Of a stretch of 64,000 nucleotides of DNA, positions 50,601 through 62,159 are shown in pieces. The DNA is from Octopus sinensis. Lineage: Eukaryota. The DNA lies in contig NC_043019.1 in NCBI RefSeq assembly GCF_006345805.1, positions 3,348,001-3,412,000 on the forward strand. The letters are read 5' to 3'. Each line of letters starts with the position of its first letter. Position 1 is the first letter of the stretch. Both the position numbers and the translations under genes were made by a program. Below the pieces are notes generated by a model. It ran no database searches and had not been told where the DNA came from. It was given only the letters and a program-made list of their open reading frames with translations.

Positions 50601-53600
50601 CTATTCACATGCGAAAGTGCACAGGGAGGGCAGGTGTGAAAACGAAGCCATTTTACCTGATATGAAGAAGGTGTCGTGAGCATCACGAGCAGGATGTTGC
50701 TGAGGTTGGAAAAGGGCATCAAAGTTCCAGAAACTACTTTCAACAAAGTTATTAGTAGCCATTTCTGAAAATCTGAAAAAAAAAAAATTCTGCATATACA
50801 TTTTTCATTCAATATTCTAGGTACTTCAGTGGAAATTATACCACAGAAAAGTAAAGTCGACCTCAGCAGGATTTGAACTCAGAACGTAAGGAACAAATAA
50901 AATACTGCAAGGAATTTCACCAAGTGTGCTAATGATTCTGCCAACTCACAGCCTTTGCATGTGTGTGTGTGTGTATACAGGGGATGGCTGTAAGTTGCTT
51001 TACCCAATTTTTAATAATAAAGAAATGGGTAAAGCAACTCATGGCCATCCCGGTGTATGTATATATATATATATACATACATACATACACATGATGTATG
51101 TATATATATAAATATACATACACATGATGAACGAGGTCATTGCCAGTACTGCCTGACTGGCCCCTGTGCCGGTGGCACGTACAAAGCACCCACTACACTC
51201 TCGGAGTGGTTGACGTAAGGAAGGGCATCCAGCTGTAGAAACTCTGCCTGATCAAGATTGGAGCCTGGTGCAGCCATCTGGTTTGCCAGCCCTCAGTCAA
51301 ATTCGTCCAACCCATACTAGCATGGAAAGCAGACGTTAAATGATGATGATGATGATATATATAGAGGGAAATTCCATTAAAAAAGTTTTAATCGATTTTC
51401 TCAGTAAGTATGGGGGTTAGGAAAAAAATACAAACTGCATTTCAATCTATGCACCCGTCTCCACATATGCCATTTTTCATGCAAATCCACCCAGTCGTTT
51501 GGCTGTGAACCTCAAGACAAGAAAGAATACAATGATTGCCAATGTCCAATTTATATTATAGATATATTTTCACTTGTGTGGTACCTTGCAATTTTACTTT
51601 GTTATATATATAATTAATGAGGAAGATGGAAGATACGAGATTGTTTATTGATCTCTACAATTGTTTCGACCTATCTTGCATATCGATTCCTTAATGGTGG
51701 GATACTGAACATCTGGTTTAGGTGTATCCGTTGGTGTAGATTCACCTCTTCAGGTGACAAGATGTATCTCATTAAATAACATTTGTTATATATATATAAT
51801 AATATAATACACGAACATGTTAGGAAAAATATGGCAAAATGAATCACTTACCCCATCTCCAAGAAAATTTTCATATACTGAGCCCTGACTTTCAACAGAG
51901 GGTGGAGGTGTCCAGATGGTGGTAACACACCCATGGCATTGAAATTGTAAGGTTTGAACTGGAAGGTTTTCCATGAACCACTGGTTGGGGGGCAACAGTA
52001 AGAAACAACATATATATAATGATATATAAAAACATGTAATATACAAATAAATATCTGTAAATATAAAACCATCCGAATTTCTTGTTACCTCATTTCTTCT
52101 AATATAAAATACCTGTACATCATCTCCAAACCTTCTAATATATATTCATATATATATACATATATATACATACCTGGCATTGCTCAGGATTTAAATGGCA
52201 TTGTTTGTATATATGGTACAGTTAAGTTGAAACATGTGATACAAGGAAGTGCGGCAGTGACAACAAAACATTTGTGGAGTAAATGAAGGGCTAATTTGAC
52301 TAAGTGTTCGGAAGATTCCAGACCCGAACCTTGTCATAGAAAAGTGAGTGGCAACATGTGATTTTTTAATGCACCAAAAAGCTCTTAGTGGATATACTCT
52401 CTTTGTGGCTGCCAGTGCTGCTTCTACCATGCTGAACAATCAGTAGACATAGGAACTACATCTATGTGATAAATTGAGCCCATGGGCGTGCTCAGCAGCA
52501 CCACATGAGAGAAATCTACATGAAAGAAATGATGTCGTAAGGGTGGGGGATCAGCAAGGAAGTGCTTGAAAACATGTAAACAGCATGTGACCATTGTGAG
52601 GACAACTCAGCTCCCAAATGAAAACAATTCTGCATGAAGTGTCAGGGTAAGCACGGTCACATTAAGGACACGGTCTCTATCAAATGTGGTTGGGCCATGT
52701 GACATTGGGTTGCTGATGTGGTTGGGAATTAAATGTAATGCTTATTTATTCCCAATGTTTTGAATTACAGTGTGAAACAAAATTTTTATGTTTTTTGTCT
52801 TTTGTCAGAAAGTGTTATTTCCTATTTGTTTCTGCCCAGAAATCAAAGGAAATGACTACTATTCCCTTCAAATTTTGCTGTTGTGACCTGGACATCAATG
52901 CCTTGAAACTGACCTGTTTTCCATTACATTTCAGACAGATTCAGCACTGAGTTGCTGAAGCAGAAATATCATTATAGCAAATATTCTGCTCAATAGCACA
53001 GATTTGCTAGTCGGTTGCTTGACCATAACCACTCGAGCATGTCGCTTAGTGGCTGACAATATGTGCATCTCTGATCATGAGCAGGAGTAGTTGAGGAGCA
53101 TCATAGGCACATGTTGAGAGGGATTCTTTGGGGCTTGAATAAATATTGTAACAAAAGCAAAATTTGAAGGAAATATTAGCCATTTTCATACTTTCTAGGG
53201 GTAAGTAAATAGAAAATAACAGTTGCTTCTCAAGGACAAAAATCATGTTAATCCAGTGTTAATCATGCACTATCACATAGCTTTGTGGTTTCAATGATGT
53301 GATTGTTTATCTTTAAAATGACATTGTAGGGTAGGTGTGAGAGGTTGGATCTGGTTGGTTTGACTATAAAACCAGTAAAATACCTGGGCTGGATAGATAT
53401 GAACGGTTTAAATACTTAAGGGTTAACATGTATAACAACTATATTTCTTACCTGGCAATCATCTCAGGTGTTAAGTCAATTTCAGGTTTACTAATCTTCA
53501 GCGTAAAATTTGGTCCTTTTGATATAATGAAGCTGTTTACTTTGCTGGAAGATAATACAAAAACAAAACAACATTACAGGTGTGATAGAGTTACTGTTGA

Positions 53601-56600
53601 TGTTTAACATTAAGTCAACCCTAAGCAATAATCATCATCATCATCATCATCGTTTAGCGTCCGCTTTCCATGCTAGCATGGGTTGGACGGTTCTACTGGG
53701 GTCTGTGAAGCCAGAAGGCCGCATCAGGCCCAGTCTGATCTGGCAGTGTTTCTACGGCTGGATGCCCTTCCTAACGCCAACCACTCCGTGAGTGTAGTGG
53801 GTGCTTTTTACGTGCCACCCGCACAGGTGCCAGACGGAGCTGGCAAACGGCCACGAATGGATGGTGCTTTTACGTGCCACTGGCACGGGGGCCAGGCGAG
53901 GCTGGCAACAGACACGAATGGATGGAGCTTTTACGTGCCACCGGCACAGGGGCCAGGCGAGGCTGGCAATGGACACGAATGGATGGTGCTTTTACGTGCC
54001 ACTGGCACGGAGGCCAGACGGGGCGGCGCCAGCAACGGCCACGATCGGATGGTTCGCTTAACCAGAGCCGCAATTTCCATTGATGTTGATCGACCTCAAT
54101 TTTGGTTCTGACCTCAAATAATAATGATAATGATGATGATGATAATAATAAAGTGTCACTTTGATGGTATGCATTGCTCTCTCACTCAACAACAACAACA
54201 ATTATCCTTTCTGCCGGATTGGGGGTTTGATAGGTGTAGCCTCTCACCTTTCTACAATCAACTTTCTTTTCTTGAAATCTTTACATTGTGCATCAGGTAG
54301 ATCAGTGAGTGACAGACTGTGAAGCTGCTTCAGTGTTTCTTGAACTTTGTCTTCAATTATCTCCACCTGAAGAAAATAACAAGAGACAACATACAGGTAA
54401 TTATCTTTTACTCGTTTCAGTTATTGGATTGCAGTCAGTCATGCTTGGGCGCACCACCTTGAGGAATCTTAGCTGAACGAATCAACCCCAGTACCCTATT
54501 TTTTTTTTAATATTAAGCCTGGTACTTATTTTACTGATCCGCAAAGCTATAAGGATGTAAACACACCAACAACAGTAGTGAAGTGTGGTAGGGGACAAAA
54601 CACAGACACAAAGACAGTACATATATAATGCATAAACAGGGCGTGTCGGTGGCACGTAAAATACACCAATCCGAACGTGGCCGTTGCCAGCCTCGCCTGG
54701 CACCTGTGCAGGTGGCACGTAAAAAGCACCCACTACACTCACAGAGTGATTGGCGTTAGGAAGGGCATCCAGCTGTAGAAACATTGCCAGATAAGACTGG
54801 AGCCTGGTGCAGCCTTCTGGCTTCCCAGATCCCCGGTCGAACTGTCCAACCCATGCTAGCATGGAGAACGGACGTTAAACGATGATGATGATGAGGGCCT
54901 GAAAAATTGCTTGGAGATACATGGCATTTTCTAGGACTTGACTGCTGCTTTGTTTTATTCATTCCGAAGAGACAAAAGGCAAAGCTACCCATGACAAGAT
55001 TTAAACTCAGAATGTAAAACTTTGGAAGAAATGCCACCAAGCATTTTGTCCGACATGCTAACCATCTCTGCAAGCTGCCAGCCTTATAATATACCATTGA
55101 TAGTTTATTAATTCTATTTTATACACAAAACACTTTGCCCCACCAGAAACAAGTAAGAGCCTAACATGATTCCTTAAATAATATTGGTTTCAAATTCTGC
55201 CAAGGTCGACTTTGCCTTTCATCCTTTTGGAATCAATAAATTAAGTACCAGTTGTGTACCAGGGTCGATCTAATCGACTGGCCCCCACTTCCCTAAAACT
55301 TTCAGGCATTGTGCCTAGAGTAGAAAAGAATATTGGTTTCAAATTCTGCCAAGGTCGACTTTGCCTTTCATCCTTTTAGAATCAATAAATTAAGTACCAG
55401 TTGTGTACTAGGGTCGATCTAATAGACTGGCCCCCTTCCCTAAAAATTTCAGGCCTTGTAGAAAAGAATATTAGTTACAAATTTTGGCACAAGGCCAACA
55501 ATTTCAGGGGAAGGGGTAAGTTGATTACATCAATCCCCATACTCAGCTGGTACTTATTTATTTGACCCCAAAAGGATGAGAAGCAAAGTTCACCTTGGCG
55601 GAATTTGAACTCAGAATGTGAAGACGGATGAAATGGTGCTAAGCATTTTGCCCGGCATGCTAACGATTCTGCCAGCTTGCCGCCTTTCATTCCCCTGAAT
55701 ATTATTTGAGGGAGACAAAATACTTTACCTTCTTGTAAATTCTTGGTCCACCCTCAGCAGTTTTGTCGATTCTAATCCAACCAGCAGACATGGCTTTGTT
55801 GAAACCAATTTTAGCATTGGGCACATTTTTCTGAAATAACAAAAATCGTAGAAAATTAATATCTTCCTAATCTTCTTCCTCCTCCTCCTCTTCATCTCAC
55901 AATTTACATCGACAGCATCATCAGTCACCATCATCATCATCATCATCACTGTCACCATCATCAACATCACTTTACTGGAAATACAGGTACTACCCAATTT
56001 TGCCAGCTGAGTGCACTGGAGCAATGTGAAATAAAGTGTCTCAGTCAAACCGTCCAACCCATGCTAGCATGGAAAGCAGACGTTAAACAATGATGATGAT
56101 ACCAAAGAGAGACAATATAACGTTGAGAAGATTGTTTAGTTGTACTGAGGACAAAGCAACACCTACAGTGCTGGTGCCAGGATAAAATGCATCCAGTACA
56201 CTCCGTAAAGGGGTCAGCATTAGGCAAGGCATCCAGCTGTAGAAACAATTTCAAAATTAAGACACTGGAGCAATAATTGGTCCTCTAACCCAGCAAATCT
56301 TGTCAGACCATCTGCTAGCAGTATTGCCTAACAACTTACCATAATTTCCGACTGAAGAATTCCATCTTCAGGAATTGAATTATATATCAAAGCTTCATAA
56401 CTTCCAGAATTACAGATTGTTTGCCCTTCTTCAGTCAGTTCAAGTTTCTTGCCGCTTTTCTGTTCGACATTGATGATCTGCAAGCAAAAGGAAAAGAAAA
56501 TGAAACAATGCATTATTTATACAAAACATATACTTACACACACACACACACACATATATAGAGAGAGTCTAGCACTATGACCCAGCGTTGCTGGGTTATA

Positions 56601-59352
56601 GTGCTAGTGCATGCATATACAGCTGCGTGCGTGCGCACATACATGCGAGTACTGTCCAAATCTCCAACCAATCACATACAGCTAGCTGGCATTCAATTGG
56701 CGTATCAAGTTTCGGGCATTTTGATTGGGTTTTGGATAGAAAATTCACAAAAAAGTCACTTCTATTGATTTTTTAATGGCTTTGTGGGGTCACTGGGGAA
56801 ATGTAAAGATGTGCACGACCACTCTTGGACAGTTTTGAATGACCATAGAAAGTGCAATCCCTCTAACTGAAAAATTGTGGATTTGTATAAAGGACACACA
56901 CACACAGACATTTTGCCGTTTATATATATAGAGTTATATATCCTTTTTCCTAGTCTCAGCTCAGAGCTGCGGCCATGCTGATGCACCGCCGTTTTGTGCT
57001 ATACTGTTATTACTAAGAGCCTCCTCTAATATGTGGCACAGCTACCCCCACTTACACCTCTTGCCGTGAGGTAGGTTCATCTGGGACTCTCGGCAGGAAG
57101 AGGTCCAGCTTTGATTTAAAAAACCCTAAATCTACTTTGTGCAAGTTCCACAGACTCTTTGGGAGAATATTAAAAAGCTGTGGGCCCTTGAAACCCAGGC
57201 TGTTGCAGTAACTGGTCCTGAAGCATGATGGCATTGCTGGGATCTTTGGCACTCTACATATATATAGTTGAAGGATTAATATTAATCAAATACTTGAATG
57301 TATGCTGAGAGATTGTCTTAGCCTGTTTGCCTTCAGACGGTTGATTTCTATAGTTATTATCAGTGTATATTGGTGATTTAAATAAGAGTTTTGACTGTTA
57401 TTTCCAGCAAATAGATATACTTAGTATGTCCTTCGATTAATATTATATAATATATTATATTATATTGCTTTACATTTGGGCTTTCTGTCCCTGCATGGGT
57501 TGGGTGGGTTCACAATGCCTCACCTATCACTGTTCTTTGTCATCTATGGCACACAATAGCAGAAAACGAATTGTTCATTTTTATTTTTGGAATATGATAT
57601 GCTTTTGGCAGGTCTATAAACAGATGTGTGTGTATTTATTTAGATCCAGGCATGGTTTTATAGTTAAGAAATCCATGCCAGCGCTGCCTTGACTGGCTTC
57701 TGTGCTGGTGGCACATAAAAAGCACCAACCGATCGTGGCCGCTGCCAGCCTCCCCTGGCACCTGTGCCAGTGGCACGTAAAAAGCACCCACTACACTCAC
57801 AGAGTGGTTGGCGTTAGGAAGGGCATCCAGCTGTAGAAACACTGCCAGATCAGACTGGAGCCTTGTGCAGCCTCCTGGCTTCCCAGACCCCGGTCGAACC
57901 ATCCAATCCATGCTAGCACGGAAAACAGACGTTAAACGATGATGATGATTTCATAGCCAAGTGGTTTCGGGACCAGTTTCACAACATATCATCTTGGCTA
58001 AGTGACTTGTACCTTGTACTGAATTCCCTGGGACAACCAATGAATTGTATGTGAATTTTGTAGCTGAAACTATTAGGCCCATCGTATAAAAGAGTAAGGG
58101 TAAAAATCCCCTTCGGTCATGAATGACCATGATTGCACCAAGGAAGTTCTCCTCCAAACATGTCAGACAATAACTTACTTTTACCAGTCAGATATTATTA
58201 ATGATACAAGAGGCCCGACAACATCGTCTGCGAATTGTAAGAAGACCGTTTCACAATCTTTTTCTTAAAAGTCAGTTTATAACTAATATATACTATTATA
58301 GGAAAGTATCACCCGGCGTTGCTCGGTTTTGTAAGGGAAATAACTATATAAGCATTTTTAGAGAGTTACTTCCCTTATAGATGCCTATTCGGGCTTTCTT
58401 AGCCATTTCTGTTTTGGTGTCTTCAAGCCATGAAGTCGTTGTTCTAAAAGAACGCTGGTCTCCTTGACAACGCTTTACGACGTTGATTTCCTTACACTCC
58501 CTTCCCCACAGCTTCACAAGGGAGGGAAGAAGGGGAGAAGCAAACAGGTGCAGGTGTGACCATGGACGCCAACTCCGCCGCCATCGACACACGAAAAATT
58601 ATGCATTAAAATGGAATAAAAAATGATGTTAAATTATTTTTAAAATCGTAGACGCGCGCTAATAGTCAGACGGGCTCGATATGAATCACGACTATAAGAT
58701 ACCCGAATTTGGTTAAACTGCACCGCAAAATGTGGGAGTAGTTAGGAATCTAAATCGAAGGGGACAGACACTCACACAACTACAGTTTTATATATAGAGA
58801 TTATGTCAAATTTTGTGCCTGAACGGGAAATATCACATCATAAAATGGGCGAGGGTAAAGCGAGTCCAAACCACCTAACCCTAACCATTGTGCGCAGTAA
58901 AAAAAATCTGATTAAAGGAGCACCGCAATATCAACTAAATTACATTAAAATCAAACTATTTCATTTTATGTAGAACAGGAATATATACATTAGCAGAAGT
59001 CGACAATAATAATTAACGCCATGTAAATTAATATCAGTGACTTGATAAACTGGTTGTTTCTGCGCCGTACGTTTTCTTTGCCAGCTAACAAGGGTACTAC
59101 TTAAATACAGAGGTCCCGACGCATCTACATAACCCTAACCCCTAAAACCCTAACGAGTGTGCACTGTAAAACCATCGTTGCGTAGATGCATAGGGACCAG
59201 TATTTAAGTAGTGCCCAGTTAAACCTGTTTTATGTTTATATACATAAAACCCGTTAAATTAACTAGATCTGATTCTTCTAGGGAGCCAGACAGATGATAA
59301 GTACAAAAAATGGCATAACTTCGGTATAGGTACCGGATACATTTCAAGAAAG

Positions 59353-59391
<39 letters not shown>

Positions 59392-61607
59392 GGAAGTAGG
59401 GTTGGGGGGGGGGGAGAAAAGGTTTCTGTTATCTTCAGAAATGTAAACAAAGCCACTTTCGGTACTTATACCGAAGGATCACCCAAAAAATAATTCATAA
59501 AGAAACACAATGCCGGAGAGGGGATGTGACTGTGTGATGTTCATGTTTTACACAATTATAAAGAAGAATAGTAGAGACACCGGTGCAGTTTTGGAACAGC
59601 TGTCATCCAGTCCCATACCTTATGGGAAAGGAACGGGGTGTGTCGGAAATGCGATCAAAAAATACCGTTGTTTGAAATACAGAAAAACCGAAAAACTTAT
59701 TTAGGATCGACTACTTACGACTAGCTAGCGCGTGTGCGCAAACCGGGACCACTGTTCGCTAGTAGTACCCTTTATTTATTAATCCCTAGCCAGGGATCTG
59801 GCTTAGTTAAAGAGAATTTATGCCATAATGAGATTCGGCTAAGCTTAATTAGTGGAACCTATAGGAGGCATAAGCTTAACAATTACCGTTCTACGTATAC
59901 AGAACCCACGCCTTGCTATAGTGCCATGCGACGCATTCCGTCTGGACGTGTATTCTTTCGTCTGTCCGGGCTGTTCAGTACTACTAGCGAACAGTGGTCC
60001 CGGTTTGTGCACACGCACTATAGCTAGTCGTAAGTAGTCGATCCTAAATAATTTTTTAAACTATGTAAATAAATTATTTTTATAAACAAACTAAGGTTAG
60101 GGTTAGGTTTAGGGTTAAAAAATTAGGTGTAGCTAGGCGTAAGTAGTCGATAACCGTAACTCTAACCCTAAGTTTGTTTATAAAAATAATTTATTTACTT
60201 AGTTAAAGTCGTTGTAGGATCGACTACTTACGACTAGCTAGCGCGGATGCGCGAGTGCGCGCACCGGGACCACTGTTCGCTAGTAGTACCTAAATAAAGT
60301 AATAAACCTTGGATAATGGACAGACAGAATTGTCTGAGCATCGGACGAGACGTATTGCGGTATTTGCTCCAGCTCTGCCGAGTTCAAATCCCGTTGTCGC
60401 CAACTTGGGTTGTAAGTAGACGTGATAACCGGCTTAACCTCACCACCCGGCTTATAGCTAACATTCAGGTCAAGTTTTCGATTTGAGTATCCCCTCTGTC
60501 TTCCCTCCAACCAGTCTCGGAAGACAACACTAACCCTAACTCTGAGCACCTTTTCAAACTCCACCTGTCTAACACCCGTGGACATATTTACAAAGTCAGA
60601 AAACAGCACAGCTCCCATGACTTTCGGAAACATTTTTTCACGCTGAGAGTTGCTGAAGTATGGAACAAACTGCCGGCATCAGTCGTTAGTTGTCGGAGTA
60701 CTGCATCCTTCAAAACTTCCATGCTTCCTGAGATTCGCCAACACTACACCTGATTTTCTCCCCTCCATACACACACACAAGCATGTACCTGAATCATACA
60801 CTGTTCGCTTTCCAGATAATTGTACATTACTGCATGTACTCTATACGCACTTTTGACAAGTTGTGGTGCACCTGAGCACTGCATACAATAATTTCATTAT
60901 TATTATTATCAAAGGAGCCTGGATACCGACCCTCTCTCCTCATGTAAGCCATAGAAACATAGGCGCAGAAGTGACTGTGTGGTAAGTAGCTTGCTTACCA
61001 ACTACATGGTGCCGGGTTCAGTCTCACCGCGTGGCACCTTGGGCAAGTGTCTTCTACTATAGCCCCGGGCCGACCAAAGCCTTGTGAGTGGATTTGGTAC
61101 ACGGAAACTGAAAGAAGCCTGTCGTATATATGTGTATATATATAGAGATATATATGCGTGTATGTTTGTGTGTCTGTGTTTGTCCCCCTAGCATTGCTTG
61201 ACAACCGATGCTGGTGTGTTTACGTCCCCGTCACTTAGCGGTTCGGCAAAAGAGGCCGATAAAATAAAGTACTGGGCTTACAAAAAAGAATAAGTACCGG
61301 GGTCGATTTGCTCGATCGACCAAAGGCGGTGCTCCAGCATGGCCGCACATCAAATGACCGAAACACGTAAAAGAGTATAATACTATTGCATCATCATTTC
61401 ATCTCAGAACCAAATCAATTAACTGTGAATATATAATATAATATAATATAATATAAGCAATATGTCAACCTCTCCAAGGGCCTGCAAGCTTTTGACAACT
61501 CCGACGATTTTCTGGTGGTCCACATTCCATTCCTGAGCCAGGTGTAATGTATCCACGGAATCTTTGTCTTCGATGTAAGACAACAACGACTGCTGCAAGT
61601 CCGACAT
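43491..61607 (-). CDS. FARSA: Phenylalanine--tRNA ligase alpha subunit, spliced CDS complement(join(43491..43596,45024..45138,45430..45507,45882..46050,47747..47846,48746..48830,50657..50772,51852..51980,53452..53544,54248..54366,55729..55830,56340..56477,61470..61607)); 1488 nt, 495 aa
   Basis: All 13 exons join in frame with GT-AG ends. Class II aaRS motifs [80 protein letters not shown]; N-terminal [12 protein letters not shown] typical of eukaryotic FARSA. Confidence 0.97.
43752..44112 (-). mobile_element. Non-autonomous Helitron family F; second copy 58303-58800(-) with a different interior
   Basis: A|TC ... hairpin-CTAG|T; termini resemble family E. Confidence 0.75.
45024..45138 (-). 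CDS. FARSA: FARSA exon 12 ([11 protein letters not shown]...WGLSLE)
   Basis: ttacag| and AG|gttggt; motif 3. Confidence 0.94.
45430..45507 (-). CDS. FARSA: FARSA exon 11 ([25 protein letters not shown])
   Basis: caacag| and G|gtaagt. Confidence 0.95.
45882..46050 (-). CDS. FARSA: FARSA exon 10 ([18 protein letters not shown]...FFSKL)
   Basis: ttacag| and G|gtaagt; motif 2. Confidence 0.96.
46211..46720 (+). mobile_element. 510-bp GC-rich retroposon-like insertion with 11-bp TSD
   Basis: tatgtaccaca at 46200-46210 and 46721-46731; no TIR; 3' end ...acaagtaaggaag. Confidence 0.65.
47144..47406 (+). repeat. Direct duplication with 139-bp period, RTE 5'UTR-like
   Basis: caaactcct...cctaaacaaaa at 47144 and 47283. 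Confidence 0.75.
47747..47846 (-). CDS. FARSA: FARSA exon 9 (YRYNWK...LYKLAQE)
   Basis: tttcag| and GAG|gtaagt. Confidence 0.95.
47880..48040 (-). mobile_element. Tx1/L1-like ORF2 C-terminal fragment
   Basis: [13 protein letters not shown]...[15 protein letters not shown] resembles Tx1-type C-termini; recognition only. Confidence 0.4.
48270..48671 (+). mobile_element. SINE-B, full length; another copy at 63765-64000(-) is cut by the window edge
   Basis: Matches 1059-1461; TSD agcagcaacaRcaa at 48256-48269 and 48672-48685. Confidence 0.88.
48746..48830 (-). CDS. FARSA: FARSA exon 8 ([29 protein letters not shown])
   Basis: tttcag| and GG|gtgagt. Confidence 0.94.
49078..49492. mobile_element. 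MITE with ~29-bp GG..CC TIRs and 8-bp TSD (Merlin-like)
   Basis: ggatcttttcggtttgaacRgcagttttt TIR; atatattc at 49070-77 and 49493-500. Confidence 0.85.
50657..50772 (-). CDS. FARSA: FARSA exon 7 (FSEMATNNF...DTFFIS)
   Basis: tttcag| and G|gtaaaa. Confidence 0.95.
50978..51055. mobile_element. Small degenerate TA-flanked MITE
   Basis: gggatggc..agttgctttaccca inverted pair. Confidence 0.55.
51852..51980 (-). CDS. FARSA: FARSA exon 6 ([13 protein letters not shown]...IFLEM)
   Basis: aaccag| and GG|gtaagt; motif 1 GHLHPL. Confidence 0.95.
53452..53544 (-). CDS. FARSA: FARSA exon 5 ([13 protein letters not shown]...LTPEMIA)
   Basis: ttccag| and AG|gtaaga. Confidence 0.92.
54248..54366 (-). 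CDS. FARSA: FARSA exon 4 (VEIIEDKVQ...FKKRKLIVE)
   Basis: cttcag| and AG|gtgaga. Confidence 0.92.
55729..55830 (-). CDS. FARSA: FARSA exon 3 ([34 protein letters not shown])
   Basis: tttcag| and AAG|gtaaag; not in the frame shown in the ORF track. Confidence 0.93.
56340..56477 (-). CDS. FARSA: FARSA exon 2 (IINVEQ...QSEIM)
   Basis: ttgcag| and ATG|gtaagt. Confidence 0.93.
56941..57252 (-). mobile_element. Non-LTR retrotransposon 3' end (ORF2 C-terminus plus 3'UTR)
   Basis: [21 protein letters not shown]...[16 protein letters not shown]; clade not certain. Confidence 0.75.
59092..59216. mobile_element. Small MITE with gggtactact TIR and (CCCTAA)-like interior
   Basis: gggtactacttaaatac ... 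gtatttaagtagtgccc. Confidence 0.65.
59977..60290. mobile_element. Palindromic MITE (ggtactactagcgaacagtggtcc family); extra lone arm at 59703-59769
   Basis: Arms are reverse complements over more than 100 bp; interior has TTAGGG-like units. Confidence 0.8.
60530..60910 (+). mobile_element. CR1-clade LINE 3' end
   Basis: [19 protein letters not shown]...[21 protein letters not shown]...FK; (ATT)n tail. Confidence 0.85.
61470..61607 (-). CDS. FARSA: FARSA exon 1 (MSDLQQ...SLQALGE)
   Basis: ATG at 61607; GAG|gttgac donor. Confidence 0.92.
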
Positions 61608-61619
61608 CGTGATCAACAC

Positions 61620-61900
61620 GAAGCCACTGGACTGTAGGCTCGCACTACACTTCCGCTACGGCTTTCTCATTTGCAAATGAAAAACTTATTGCAATGATTG
61701 TTTATTTTTATTTAATAAAAAAGAAAAAGGAAATAAACTTTAGAATTTGTAGGACTCAGTTGGTGTTGATTATTTGAATAAATATTAATTTTAGGAATTC
61801 TTTTCCTTGAATCACGTTGCCGGCGAAAAAGACCGAACTTCCGGTACAATAATCACTTCGACTAAAAAGTAATTAATTATGTTTAATTTGGAAATAAAAA
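61620..61900 (-). promoter_or_regulatory. FARSA proximal promoter with ETS-type motifs
   Basis: Locally CpG-richer; GCGGAAGT (61656-61649) and ACCGGAAGT (61845-61837) upstream of the ATG, typical of housekeeping promoters. Confidence 0.5.
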
Positions 61901-61929
61901 GTAATAGAACTTTTGTTTATTTAATTTAA

Positions 61930-62159
61930 GGTTACTACTAGCGAACAGTGGTCCCGGTTCGCGCACTCGCGCTAGCTAGTCGTGACTAGTCGATCCTACC
62001 ACGATTACCTAGCAAAGTAAATAAAACACAAAATAAATAATTTTTTAAACAAAGTAAATAAAACAAAAACACAAAGTAAGGATCGACTAGTCATGACTAG
62101 CTAGCGCGGATGCGAGAGTACGCGCGCGCGCACCAGGACCACTGTTCGCTAGTAGTACC
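61930..62159. mobile_element. MITE of the ggtactact family in the FARSA upstream region, 9-bp TSD
   Basis: ttaatttaa at 61921-29 and 62160-68; GG..CC termini. Confidence 0.85.

Noticed and set aside
51640-51760. Minus-strand CUGAAGA...GAAAC-AAUU-GUA hammerhead-like pair
   Set aside because: The two boxes are about 80 nt apart with no convincing stem I or II pairing.
52180-52700. Possible decayed piggyBac-like transposase (Cys/His-rich end)
   Set aside because: No continuous recognisable motif; too degenerate to call.
55725-56057. 110-aa ORF over FARSA exon 3
   Set aside because: Wrong frame; the real exon reads [10 protein letters not shown]... in another frame.
60094-60172. Interstitial telomere
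   Set aside because: Only 2-3 imperfect units inside a MITE; reported as a motif finding instead.
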